Shown here: piece by piece, positions 8,393 through 17,562 of the stretch | Numbering within the stretch: the first letter of the stretch is position 1 | How the letters are laid out: the number at the start of each line of letters is the position of its first letter | Assembly (NCBI GenBank): GCA_019244185.1 | Contig: JAFATB010000014.1 | Coordinates: 512,001 to 576,000, forward strand | DNA from: Acidobacteriota bacterium | GTDB lineage: Bacteria; Acidobacteriota; Thermoanaerobaculia; Gp7-AA8 | DNA length: 64,000 nucleotides | Direction of reading: 5' to 3' | Program-made: the position numbers and the translations under genes | The notes under the pieces: model-generated | Told to the model about the DNA's origin: nothing | The model's input: the letters and a program-made list of their open reading frames with translations, nothing else | The model's database searches: none

Positions 8393-9452
8393 CTGGCTGA
8401 CCGGAATGCGCGGCGGCGAGGCGGTGCTCGAGGCGATCCTCGACGCGCTGCCGTCCGCCGAGCTCTTCACGCTCTTCCACTTTCCCGGCTCCGTCTCCGC
8501 GAAGATCGAGTCGCGCACGATCCATACGTCGGAACTGCAGCCGCTCGCGCGGCGCGCGCGCGACTACCGGACGCTCCTGCCGCTCTTTCCGCGCGCGGTG
8601 CGGCGCTGGGACTTCCGCGAGTTCGATCTCATCGTGTCGTCCAGTCATTGCGTCGCAAAGGGCATCGACGCGCGCGGCAAGCCGCACCTCTCGTATTGCC
8701 ACACGCCGATGCGCTACATCTGGGATCGTTTCGACGATTACTTTCCGCGCAAAAACATGCTGCGGCGCGCGGCCGCGCAGTCGATCGCGCCGTGGCTGCG
8801 GCGGTGGGACGTTGCGACAGCGAAGGAAGTGACGCACTTCGTCGCGAACTCGCGCTTCGTCCGCGACCGCATCCGCCGCTACTACGACCGCGACGCGGAG
8901 CTCGTGCATCCGTATGTCGATGACGAGTTCCTCGAGACGCCGCTGCGCGAGGGGCGCGACGACTACCACATGATGGTTTCCGCGCTCGTTCCGTACAAGA
9001 AGGTGGAGCTCGCGGTTGCCGCGGCGGTAGCGTCCGGCCGGAAGCTGGTCGTGGCCGGCGGCGGACCGCTGCTCGGCGAGCTGCGCGCGCGCAGCGGGAG
9101 CGGCGTGACCTTCATGGGACCGGCGTCGAGAGCGAGTATCATCGAGCGGCTGGCACGGGCGAAAAGCCTGATTTTGCCGGGAGTCGAGGACTTCGGGATC
9201 ACGCCGCTCGAGGCGATGGCGCTCGGGACTCCGGTGGTGGCGCTCGGCGAGGGCGGCGTGCTGGATTCGGTGGTCGACGGGGTGACAGGAATTTTCTTTC
9301 CACGGCCGGACGTAGAGTCGCTGCGCGGCGCGCTCGACGCGGTCGAAGCCCGCGTGTGGGACCGCGCGGCCATTCGCGCACACGCCTCCGCCTTCTCGCG
9401 CGCGCAGTTCGACGCGCGGTTCGCGGCGGCGCTGGAACGAGTTCGCGGATGA
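8367..9452 (+). CDS. Glycosyltransferase family 4 (WbaZ-like)
   Basis: VHDWLTGMRGGE, YCHTPMRY, EDFGITPLEAMALGTPV. Confidence 0.92.
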   Translation: MSRVAVVHDWLTGMRGGEAVLEAILDALPSAELFTLFHFPGSVSAKIESRTIHTSELQPLARRARDYRTLLPLFPRAVRRWDFREFDLIVSSSHCVAKGIDARGKPHLSYCHTPMRYIWDRFDDYFPRKNMLRRAAAQSIAPWLRRWDVATAKEVTHFVANSRFVRDRIRRYYDRDAELVHPYVDDEFLETPLREGRDDYHMMVSALVPYKKVELAVAAAVASGRKLVVAGGGPLLGELRARSGSGVTFMGPASRASIIERLARAKSLILPGVEDFGITPLEAMALGTPVVALGEGGVLDSVVDGVTGIFFPRPDVESLRGALDAVEARVWDRAAIRAHASAFSRAQFDARFAAALERVRG

Positions 9453-10867
9453 TCGAGAAAAAGCACAAGACCCTCGCGTCGGTGTACCTGGTCAACGACG
9501 CCGTGGCGTCGAACCTGGCCATGCTCAGCGCTTGGTTCCTGCGCTTCCAGTTCGAGCTCATCCCCGTCACGAAGGGACAGCAGGAGTTTGCGACGTACGC
9601 AAAGCTCCTCCCGCTCGTGACGATCGTCTTTCCGCTCGCGTTCGCCGTGCAGGGGCTCTATCGCATCCGTCCCACGCGCGGCAAAGCGGAAGAATGGGTC
9701 GGCGTCGCGATCGGCTCGATCGTCGGCACGGTCGTCCTCTCCGGCGTGCTGCTCTGGATCCGCCCCGACTCGACCGCGGTCTACTCGCGCGCGACGCTCG
9801 CGCTGTTCCTCGTGCTGGCGATGATCTTCACCGCCATCGGACGCACGCTCGTGCGCGTCGTCGTCGAGCGTCGCCATCGCGAAGGGAAGGATCTCGACCG
9901 CGTGCTGATCGCCGGCAACGGCGATCTCGCGCGCGCGGTGCTCGAGCGCGTGGCCTCGCATCGCGAGCGCCTCGGCTTCCGCATCGTCGGCTATCTCGCC
10001 AACGGTGACGGCAATGGCGACGATAGCGACCTCGCCGGCGTCCCGCGCCTCGGCCGCATCGAGAACGCCGAGGAAGTCGTTGCCGAGCACGCGATCGACC
10101 ACGTGTTCGTGGCCATGCCGCACGCGTCGTCGCAGGCGATGATGGCGCTGCTCGACCGGTTGATGCGCAGCTGCGTTTCGATTCACGTCGTGCCCGATCT
10201 CCTGCAGTTCATGGCGCTGCGCTCGCGCGTCGAAGACCTCGACGGACTGCCGACGATCAACCTCTCGGAGACGCCGCTCGAAGGGTGGAGCCGTTTCGTG
10301 AAGCGCGCGTTCGATCTCGTCGTCGCCGCCGCGGCGCTGCTGCTCTTCTCGCCGGTGATGCTCGCCGTAGCGCTCGCGATCTGGATCGAAGACGGGCTGC
10401 CGGTGTTCTACCGCCAGACGCGCATGGGACTCGACGGCAAGCCGTTCGAGATCCTGAAATTCCGCTCCATGCGCGTCGGCGCGGAACAGCAGACCGGCGC
10501 GGTGTGGGCGGAGAAAGACGATCCGCGGCGCACGGCCGTCGGTCGCGTGATCCGCGCGTGGTCGCTCGACGAGCTGCCGCAGCTTTGGAACGTGCTCGTC
10601 GGCGACATGAGCGTCATCGGCCCGCGTCCGGAACGCCCCGAGTTCGTGCAGCAGTTCCGCGCCGAGTTCCCGCACTACATGCTCCGCCACAAAGTGCGCG
10701 CGGGCATGACCGGCTGGGCGCAGGTGCACGGCTGGCGCGGCAACACGTCCATCCGCATGCGCATCGAGCACGACCTCTACTACATCGAGAACTGGTCGCT
10801 GCTGCTCGACGTGAAGATCCTCTTCATGACCGTGCTGCACGGGCTGCGTCACGAGAACGCGTACTGA
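9449..10867 (+). CDS. Undecaprenyl-phosphate sugar phosphotransferase (WcaJ-like priming transferase)
   Basis: Four N-terminal TMs, KRAFD, KFRSM, SLDELPQLWNVLVGDMSVIGPRPERP, GMTGWAQV, DLYYIENWS. Confidence 0.92.
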   Translation: MIEKKHKTLASVYLVNDAVASNLAMLSAWFLRFQFELIPVTKGQQEFATYAKLLPLVTIVFPLAFAVQGLYRIRPTRGKAEEWVGVAIGSIVGTVVLSGVLLWIRPDSTAVYSRATLALFLVLAMIFTAIGRTLVRVVVERRHREGKDLDRVLIAGNGDLARAVLERVASHRERLGFRIVGYLANGDGNGDDSDLAGVPRLGRIENAEEVVAEHAIDHVFVAMPHASSQAMMALLDRLMRSCVSIHVVPDLLQFMALRSRVEDLDGLPTINLSETPLEGWSRFVKRAFDLVVAAAALLLFSPVMLAVALAIWIEDGLPVFYRQTRMGLDGKPFEILKFRSMRVGAEQQTGAVWAEKDDPRRTAVGRVIRAWSLDELPQLWNVLVGDMSVIGPRPERPEFVQQFRAEFPHYMLRHKVRAGMTGWAQVHGWRGNTSIRMRIEHDLYYIENWSLLLDVKILFMTVLHGLRHENAY

Positions 10868-10877
10868 CGATGGTCCT

Positions 10878-11411
10878 ATGCACATAGTCAATGTCTTGAC
10901 CGTTCCCGGTCTGTGGAACTCCGGTCCGCAGCACTGGCAGACGCACTGGGAAGCCGAGTCGCCCGACGAGTTCCGCCGCGTCGTGCAGCGCGACTTCGAC
11001 CATCCCGATCGCGACGAATGGGTGTCCACGCTCGACGCCGGGATCCGCGCCTGCGACGCGCCGCCGCTCCTCGCCGCGCACAGCCTCGGCTGCTCGCTCG
11101 TTGCGGAGTGGGTCCGTCAGCGCGGCGGTGCGGGCGTGCGCGGCGCGTTCCTCGTCGCGCCGAGCGACGTCGAGGCGCCCGACTATCCGATCGAAGGACG
11201 CAGCTTCGCGTCGATGCCGCTCGTGCCGCTGCCGTTTCCGTCGCTCGTCGTGGCCAGCACGATCGATCCGTACGTGAGCGTCGCGCGCGCCGAGGAGTTC
11301 GCGCGCGCGTGGGGCAGCCGGATCGTCTTCATCGGCGACGCCGGACACATCAACGGCGCGTCGGGATATGGCCCGTGGCCCGAGGGAAGATCGCTGCTGC
11401 GGCTCATATAA
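10878..11411 (+). CDS. RBBP9/YdeN-family alpha/beta hydrolase
   Basis: VPGLWNSGPQHWQ, AHSLG nucleophile elbow, AGHIN. Confidence 0.88.
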   Translation: MHIVNVLTVPGLWNSGPQHWQTHWEAESPDEFRRVVQRDFDHPDRDEWVSTLDAGIRACDAPPLLAAHSLGCSLVAEWVRQRGGAGVRGAFLVAPSDVEAPDYPIEGRSFASMPLVPLPFPSLVVASTIDPYVSVARAEEFARAWGSRIVFIGDAGHINGASGYGPWPEGRSLLRLI

Positions 11412-11423
11412 TCCGCCGCGACT

Positions 11424-12713
11424 ATGGGTAAGCAATCGGACGCTCTTTTCCAGCGCGCGCAGGACGTCATTCCGGGCGGCGTCAACTCGCCGGTGCGCGC
11501 ATTCGGCGGCGTCGGCGGCACGCCGCCGTTCATCGAGCTCGCGCAAGGCTCGCGCATCTTCGACGCCGACAATCTCCAGTACATCGACTGCGTCGGCTCG
11601 TGGGGGCCGATGATCCTCGGGCACGGCCATCGTTACGTCGTCGAAGCGGTGAAGAAGGCGGCCACGCGGGGCTTCTCGTACGGCGCGCCGACCGCGGCGG
11701 AGATCGAGCTCGCGGAGATGATCGTGCAGGCCGTGCCGTCGATGGAGATGGTGCGCCTCGTCAACTCCGGCACCGAGGCGACGATGAGCGCGCTGCGGCT
11801 CGCGCGCGCGGCCACGGGGCGCAACAAGATCCTCAAGTTCGAAGGCGGCTATCACGGCCACGTCGACTCGCTGCTCGTGAAGGCCGGCTCCGGCGGCGCG
11901 ACGTTCAACGTGCCCGACTCCGCGGGCGTGCCGAAAGAGCTCGCGGAGCTCACGCTCATCGCGCGCTACAACGACCTCGACGACGTGCGCGCGCAGATGA
12001 GCGACGAGGTCGCGGCGATCATCGTCGAGCCGATCGCCGGCAACATGGGCTGCATTCCGCCGAATCCGGGATTCCTGCAGGGACTGCGCGAGATCTGCGA
12101 CGACCATGCGTCGCTGCTGATCCTCGATGAAGTCATGACCGGCTTCCGCGTCGCGTACGGCGGCGCGCAGGCGCGCTACGACGTGCGCCCCGACATCACC
12201 ACGCTCGGCAAGATCATCGGCGGCGGCATGCCGATCGGCGCGTACGGCGCATCGAAGCTGCTGATGGAGTACGTCTCGCCCCTCGGCCCGATGTATCAGG
12301 CCGGCACGTTGTCCGGGAATCCGGTGGCCGTCGCCGCCGGACGCGCGACGCTCAGCGTGCTGCGCAACTCGTCGATCTACGACGACCTCGAAGAGCGCAG
12401 CGCGGAGTTCGAGAACGGCGTGCGCGCGGCGTCGGAGAAACACGCCGTGCCGCTGACGTTCAACCGCGTCGGTTCGATGTGGACGATCTTCTTCACGGAA
12501 GGTCCGGTGACGGACTTCGCGTCGGCGAACAAGTCGAACCGCGAGAAGTTCTCGCGCTTCTTTCACCTCATGCTCGGTGAAGGCGTCTACCTCCCGCCGT
12601 CGCAGCTCGAAGCCGCGTTCTTCTCCGCCGCGCATGCGAAGAAGGACATCCTGCAGCTCGTCGAGCGCGTGGATCGCGTGCTGAAGAAAGTGGCGTGGGA
12701 ATTCGGGACTTAG
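11424..12713 (+). CDS. hemL: Glutamate-1-semialdehyde 2,1-aminomutase
   Basis: IPGGVNSPVRAF, NSGTEATMSALRLAR, DEVMTGFR, LGKIIGGGMP, YQAGTLSGNP. Confidence 0.97.
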   Translation: MGKQSDALFQRAQDVIPGGVNSPVRAFGGVGGTPPFIELAQGSRIFDADNLQYIDCVGSWGPMILGHGHRYVVEAVKKAATRGFSYGAPTAAEIELAEMIVQAVPSMEMVRLVNSGTEATMSALRLARAATGRNKILKFEGGYHGHVDSLLVKAGSGGATFNVPDSAGVPKELAELTLIARYNDLDDVRAQMSDEVAAIIVEPIAGNMGCIPPNPGFLQGLREICDDHASLLILDEVMTGFRVAYGGAQARYDVRPDITTLGKIIGGGMPIGAYGASKLLMEYVSPLGPMYQAGTLSGNPVAVAAGRATLSVLRNSSIYDDLEERSAEFENGVRAASEKHAVPLTFNRVGSMWTIFFTEGPVTDFASANKSNREKFSRFFHLMLGEGVYLPPSQLEAAFFSAAHAKKDILQLVERVDRVLKKVAWEFGT

Positions 12714-13423
12714 TCGCTGTCGCGAACGACGCGAAAGCCGATGCTGAAGCCGCGTAGTTGCGGCTCGTGCGTGTAGCGCAACGCGCTGCGCGCGCTGTCG
12801 GCGCCGAAGTACCAGCTGCCGCCGCGGATGACTTTGTATTTGCTGCCGCACGCTTCGAGCGGATACGGGCAGTACTCGGTCGCGCACCACTCCCAGACGT
12901 TGCCGTGCATGTCGTAAAGGCCCCAGACATTCGGCGCGAACGACGCGACGCGCATCGTGCGCTTGCCGTCGAAGTTCGCCTGCCGCGTGGTCAGCGTCGC
13001 GCCGAACGCGTACGGTGTCGTCGTGCCGGCGCGGCACGCGTACTCCCACTCCGCTTCGGTCGGCAAACGGAACCGTCCTTCGCCGAACGCGTTCAATCGC
13101 CGGAGGAACTCCTGCACTTCGAGCCACGACACGCGCTCGACCGGCGCGTTCGGATCGCCGCGGAACCAGCTCGGATTGCGGCCCATGATCGCCGTCCACT
13201 GCGCCTGCGTGACTTCCGTCGCGGAGAGGAAGAACGGCCGCGCGATGGTGATGCGATGGAGCGTTTCATCCGCGCGATGACCGGGATCGCTCGCGGGCGA
13301 GCCCATCGCGAACGTTCCCGCGGGCACGCGCACGAAGCGAAGGTGCGTGTGCGCTTCGACGAACGTCTCGCGGCGGCAGGCGAGGAGCGCCGCCGCCGCG
13401 AGGAGCGCGAGCAGGCGTTTCAC
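12710..13423 (-). CDS. FGE-sulfatase (SUMF1/PvdO-like) domain lipoprotein
   Basis: GTG start in a GTGA overlap. Lipobox LLAC. EVTQAQW, RLPTEAEWEYACRAG, PNVWGLYDMHGNVWEWC, RGGSW. Confidence 0.85.
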   Translation of the reverse strand: MKRLLALLAAAALLACRRETFVEAHTHLRFVRVPAGTFAMGSPASDPGHRADETLHRITIARPFFLSATEVTQAQWTAIMGRNPSWFRGDPNAPVERVSWLEVQEFLRRLNAFGEGRFRLPTEAEWEYACRAGTTTPYAFGATLTTRQANFDGKRTMRVASFAPNVWGLYDMHGNVWEWCATEYCPYPLEACGSKYKVIRGGSWYFGADSARSALRYTHEPQLRGFSIGFRVVRDSD

Positions 13424-13959
13424 TGCGCGGCAGTATCGCCCGCGCGGTGCTCGACCGCCTGGAACTTCAGGAACGCGTGGATCGCTTCGATCGCCTCGGC
13501 GTTCTTGGTCATGAGGTGCACGCGTCCGCCGTCGGGCAGCGGCTCGTAGTGATACATGATCGACGCGTGCAGGCGCTGCATCGTGTCGACGCCGTCGGGC
13601 ATGCGTCCGTGCACGAACTGCGGCTTCGAGAAGTCGTTCTTCGCGAACTCGCCGCGGATCGACTGCAGATGCTTCTGGATCGCGGCGATGGTCTTCGCGT
13701 CCGCGGCGTCGTTCGCGCGCAGCTCGATCGTGCCGCCGTCGTCCGTCGCGGTGAACCTGTGATGCGCCGCGTCGTGGGCCATACCGAACGAGTCGTGGCG
13801 ATGATCGACTTCGGCGGCGTGATTCCCGTCCGCATGCGCGTCGCCGGCATTCGCATTCGCGGCGGCTTCGGCCATGTGCTGCGCGTGCAGCGGACACGAG
13901 GCCATTGCGGCGTCGTCGGCGAGGAGCAGGTTTGCGGTGAGCAGTAGTGCCTGAATCAT
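13420..13959 (-). CDS. His-rich secreted hypothetical protein (paralogue A)
   Basis: ATGA overlap with merR, SD GGAGG. N-terminal hydrophobic leader, many His and one Cys. Clear paralogue of 14442..14924. Confidence 0.8.
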   Translation of the reverse strand: MIQALLLTANLLLADDAAMASCPLHAQHMAEAAANANAGDAHADGNHAAEVDHRHDSFGMAHDAAHHRFTATDDGGTIELRANDAADAKTIAAIQKHLQSIRGEFAKNDFSKPQFVHGRMPDGVDTMQRLHASIMYHYEPLPDGGRVHLMTKNAEAIEAIHAFLKFQAVEHRAGDTAAQ

Positions 13960-14375
13960 TTCGTTTCCTCCATCAGCGTCTCGAATAAATTCGCGAACGC
14001 GCCGTCGGGCGTGTCGCGAAGGCGGTCGTCCCATGAGCTGAGCGTGTCGACGAGTGCCGCGCGCACGGTGGTGAGGGCGGCGATGCGCTCTTCGACTTCG
14101 GCGAGCTTGCGGTCGGCGAGAGCGCGCACCTCGCGGCACGGCGGCTTGCCCGCCGCGCGCTGGCGGAAGATGCGCGAGAGCTCGTCGAGCGTGAAGCCGA
14201 GCGTGAGCGCGCGGCGGATCATGCGCACGCGCTCGACGGTGTGCGGCGGATAGCGGCGGTAGCCGCTGGCGTCGCGCGCGACGTCGCGCAGCACGCCGAC
14301 CCGCTCGTAGTGGCGGATCGTGTCGACGCTCACGCCCGCGGCGTTCGCGACTTCACCGATCAGCAGCAGTTCCAT
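13956..14375 (-). CDS. MerR-family transcriptional regulator
   Basis: IGEVANAAGVSVDTIRHYERVGVL, GYRRY, LGFTLDEL, PCREV. Confidence 0.92.
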   Translation of the reverse strand: MELLLIGEVANAAGVSVDTIRHYERVGVLRDVARDASGYRRYPPHTVERVRMIRRALTLGFTLDELSRIFRQRAAGKPPCREVRALADRKLAEVEERIAALTTVRAALVDTLSSWDDRLRDTPDGAFANLFETLMEETK

Positions 14376-14383
14376 GGGTACGC

Positions 14384-14415
14384 AAGGTAGGCCATGGAAC
14401 CGGTTCGAGGGTCAA
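14384..14415 (-). promoter_or_regulatory. MerR-type promoter with 20-bp spacer and internal palindrome
   Basis: TTGACC (14415-14410), 20 nt, TACCTT (14389-14384). Perfect palindrome GAACCGGTTC at 14397-14406 lies in the spacer. Confidence 0.75.
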
Positions 14416-14441
14416 GTCAACATTGTGCGAACAGTGCGCGG

Positions 14442-14924
14442 TTACTCGGCGGACGAGTTGCCCGCGCGATTCGCCACCGTCTGGAACTTGAGGAACGCGC
14501 GGATCGCGGCGACCGCGTCGGCGTTGCCCGTCTGCAGACGCATGCGCCCGCCGTCGGGCAGCGCTTCGTAGCCGTAGGAGATCGAGTCGTGCAGGCGTTC
14601 CATCGCGTCGACTCCCTCCGGCATGCGGCCGTTGACCGACTCCGCCTTCGAGAAATCGTTCGTCGCAAAGTCGCCGGCGATCGCCTTCAGGTACTTCTGG
14701 ATTGCGTCGATCGTGTCGAGGTCCGCGGTGTCTTTTGCGCGGAGCTCCATCGAGCCGCCGTCGTCGGTCGCGGTGAACTTGAACTGCACGGCGTCGTGCG
14801 CGAAGCCGTGCGCATCGTTCGCGGTGGTCTCGGCGGCCCCGGTGCGCACGGCGGCGGCGGCCTGCGCGGTCGCGGCGTCGTCAGCGAGGAGCAGGTTCGC
14901 GGTCAACAGCAATGCGTGGATCAT
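14442..14924 (-). CDS. Secreted hypothetical protein (paralogue B, His-poor)
   Basis: ATGA overlap with the ureohydrolase stop. MIHALLLTANLLLADD aligns with paralogue A over nearly the full length. Confidence 0.8.
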   Translation of the reverse strand: MIHALLLTANLLLADDAATAQAAAAVRTGAAETTANDAHGFAHDAVQFKFTATDDGGSMELRAKDTADLDTIDAIQKYLKAIAGDFATNDFSKAESVNGRMPEGVDAMERLHDSISYGYEALPDGGRMRLQTGNADAVAAIRAFLKFQTVANRAGNSSAE

Positions 14925-15871
14925 CTCGACTCCTTCTCGATCCGGGGGCTCGGTTGGACGTTGTGCCGCACAGTGTACGGCGCAAAGACTTCGAGGAACA
15001 GCCGCGCCGCGAGTTTGGCCGTGCGGCCGTCGACGTCCCACGGCGGCGAGAGCTCGGAGAGATCGGCGCCGATGAGCTTCGGCGACGCGGCGAGCTGGCG
15101 CACGATGGCGATCGTCTCGCGCGCGGTGAGCGTGCCCGGCGCCGCGGCTGACGAGCCGGGAACTTCCGCGGCGTCGATGTCGATCGACAGAAAAATCGCA
15201 TCCGACGATTGCTCGAGCTTCGCGCGCACCTCGGCTGCCAGCTCCCATGCCGCGTGCAGATCGAACCAGTCGACGGGAATCGTGGTGATGCCCTGCTCGC
15301 GCACCCACGCGTCGTAGTACGACGAGTTCGCGAAGTCGCGCGTGCCGAGGATGAAGGTGCGCGAGCCGTGGCAGATCGGCGTCTCCAGCGCGCGGCGATA
15401 TGGCGTGCCGCTGGAGAGCGAGTCCTCGTCGTCGTATTCGCGGACGTCGTAGTGCGAGTCGATCACGACGAGGCCGAGCTTCAGGTTCGGACGCGCGTCG
15501 GCGAGTCCGCGGAGGATCGCGCCGGTGAGGCCGTTGTCGCCGCCGATGAAGAACGGCGTCGCGCCGGCGGCGAAGACGTCGCGCGCGAACGCGTGCACGC
15601 GCTGGTGCGCCGCGCGGATCGAGTCGAGCGGCAGCTCGAGATCGCCGAGGTCGCGGCAGATGCGGCCGGAGAGCTCGATGCCGTTGCCGAACGTCGTGAG
15701 CGACGGCAGCGCCTCGCGGAATGCGTGCGGACCGTGTTTGGCGCCGGGACGCGAGCGCGCGGGAATCGAGCTGTCGAACGGCAGTCCCGCGAGGACGAAG
15801 TCGCCGCGGTCGAACGTCGTCGACGGCACGAGCAGCGACGAGGCGCGCGGGTCGCGCGGATCGGCGGCCAT
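14921..15871 (-). CDS. Ureohydrolase family protein, likely formimidoylglutamase (HutG-like)
   Basis: GLPFD, RPGAKHGP, GGDN, IDSHYDVR, SSGTPY, LSIDIDA, ELSPPWD. Adjacent to ftcD. Confidence 0.8.
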   Translation of the reverse strand: MAADPRDPRASSLLVPSTTFDRGDFVLAGLPFDSSIPARSRPGAKHGPHAFREALPSLTTFGNGIELSGRICRDLGDLELPLDSIRAAHQRVHAFARDVFAAGATPFFIGGDNGLTGAILRGLADARPNLKLGLVVIDSHYDVREYDDEDSLSSGTPYRRALETPICHGSRTFILGTRDFANSSYYDAWVREQGITTIPVDWFDLHAAWELAAEVRAKLEQSSDAIFLSIDIDAAEVPGSSAAAPGTLTARETIAIVRQLAASPKLIGADLSELSPPWDVDGRTAKLAARLFLEVFAPYTVRHNVQPSPRIEKESR

Positions 15872-17550
15872 CACGCCTGCTCGCGCAGCTTCACGAGGAT
15901 CTCGTCTTCGGCGAGCGCGTGCCGCTCGCGCGACTGCTGCCACGCCGCGTCCGCGCGCGCGAGCAGCGACGTCTTGCGCGTTGCGTCGGTGAGTCCCGCG
16001 AGATTGATGCAGACGTTCTGGTACGCGCCCGCGGCCGCCGCGCGCGCGGCCTGCGCACCGACGCCCGCGTCGGACAGCGACGCCTGCATGCCGATGCGCG
16101 CGATCTCGCGACAGAGGTCGATGATCTCGGGACAACTCTCGAGCACGCGCAGCGGCACTTCCGCCGCGACGACCGTCGCATCGGCCAGCGCCGCGTCGCG
16201 CGCCGCGATTTCCTCGGGCGTGCCTTTCGGCATGCGCATCGCGTCGAGCAGCGCGTCGAATGCGGCGGTATCAGCGTCAACGGCGGCGAGCTGTTGATCC
16301 TTCAGCTCCTGAGCGCGATTGGCGATGCGATCGAGCGCTTCGTGTTTCGACTCGAAGCCCTTCTTCGTGTGCGACAGCACGGCCACCATCGCGGCGAGTC
16401 CCGCGGCCATCGACGCCGCGAGCGCGGAGACCGAGCCGCCGCCCGGCGCGGGCGACTCGCTCGACAGCTCGTCGACGAAGTCGCGCAGCGAGAGCGACGC
16501 GAGACGCGGCGGCAACGTAGCGAGGCGATATTCGATGACGCGCTCTTTCGGATCGAACGGCTTCACTTCCGACAGGCCGAGCGTGCGGATCGCGGCGTGC
16601 ACGAGCGCGCCTTCCGGCACGCCGGTCGGACGTCCCATTTTCGCGAGCGCGTGGCGTCCGGCGTCGAGCAGGACCTGGCGCGGCACGAGACCGACGATCT
16701 CCGAGCCGGTGACGCGCAGGCCGCGCTCGCGCGCGCGCTCGTCGCACGTGTCGAAGACGACGTGCAGCGGCGTGATGTCGAGATCGGTGAGGTTGATCGA
16801 CACCTGCGCGCAGCCGAACTCCGGGATCACCCAGCCGACCGCTTTCACGGACTTCAGCAGCCCCGGCTCCCACACCGGCTCGCCGTGCTCGTCGAGGGTC
16901 GGGTTGTCGTCGGCGTCGCGTTTCATGCGGCCGCGCTCGCGGATGTCGAACGCGACGCGGTTCGCGAGCCGCTTGTCGAGCGTGTTGAGGTTGACGTTGT
17001 ACGCGACGAGGAACTTGCGCGCGCCGATCACGATCGCGCCCGAACGCGGCACGAAGGTGTTCGGTCCGAAGTCCGGCTGCCACTGCGGATCGGCGAGCTT
17101 GCGCGCGCAGCCCTCGTACTCGCCTTCGCGGACGTCGGCGAGATTGCGCCGATGCGGCGCGCTGCACGCGTGCTCGTAGAGATACACCGGCACCTGCAGC
17201 TCGCGTCCGACGCGTTCGCCGAGCTTGCGCGCGAGCTCCGCGCACTCGTCCATGGTCACGTTCGCGACCGGGATGAACGGCACGACGTCGACCGCGCCGA
17301 TGCGCGGATGCGCGCCGCGGTGCGTGGTCATGTCGATCAGCTCGATGCCTTTCTTGACGAGCCGGAACGCCGCCTCGAGCACCGCGTCGGGCGCGCCGAC
17401 GAACGTGATCACGGTGCGATTCGTATCCGCGCCGGGATCGACGTTCAGCAGCGTGACCTCGGAGACCGACGCCGCGGCGGCAGCGACGGCGTCGTAAATC
17501 TCAGCGCGGCGGCCTTCGGAGATGTTGGGAACGCACTCGACGATCTGCAT
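15871..17550 (-). CDS. ftcD: Bifunctional glutamate formimidoyltransferase / formiminotetrahydrofolate cyclodeaminase
   Basis: IVECVPNISEGR, NRTVITF, HRGAHPRIGAVDVVPF; C-terminal PAPGGGSVSAL cyclodeaminase domain. Confidence 0.93.
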   Translation of the reverse strand: MQIVECVPNISEGRRAEIYDAVAAAAASVSEVTLLNVDPGADTNRTVITFVGAPDAVLEAAFRLVKKGIELIDMTTHRGAHPRIGAVDVVPFIPVANVTMDECAELARKLGERVGRELQVPVYLYEHACSAPHRRNLADVREGEYEGCARKLADPQWQPDFGPNTFVPRSGAIVIGARKFLVAYNVNLNTLDKRLANRVAFDIRERGRMKRDADDNPTLDEHGEPVWEPGLLKSVKAVGWVIPEFGCAQVSINLTDLDITPLHVVFDTCDERARERGLRVTGSEIVGLVPRQVLLDAGRHALAKMGRPTGVPEGALVHAAIRTLGLSEVKPFDPKERVIEYRLATLPPRLASLSLRDFVDELSSESPAPGGGSVSALAASMAAGLAAMVAVLSHTKKGFESKHEALDRIANRAQELKDQQLAAVDADTAAFDALLDAMRMPKGTPEEIAARDAALADATVVAAEVPLRVLESCPEIIDLCREIARIGMQASLSDAGVGAQAARAAAAGAYQNVCINLAGLTDATRKTSLLARADAAWQQSRERHALAEDEILVKLREQA

Positions 17551-17562
17551 GCGCGGGCGATG

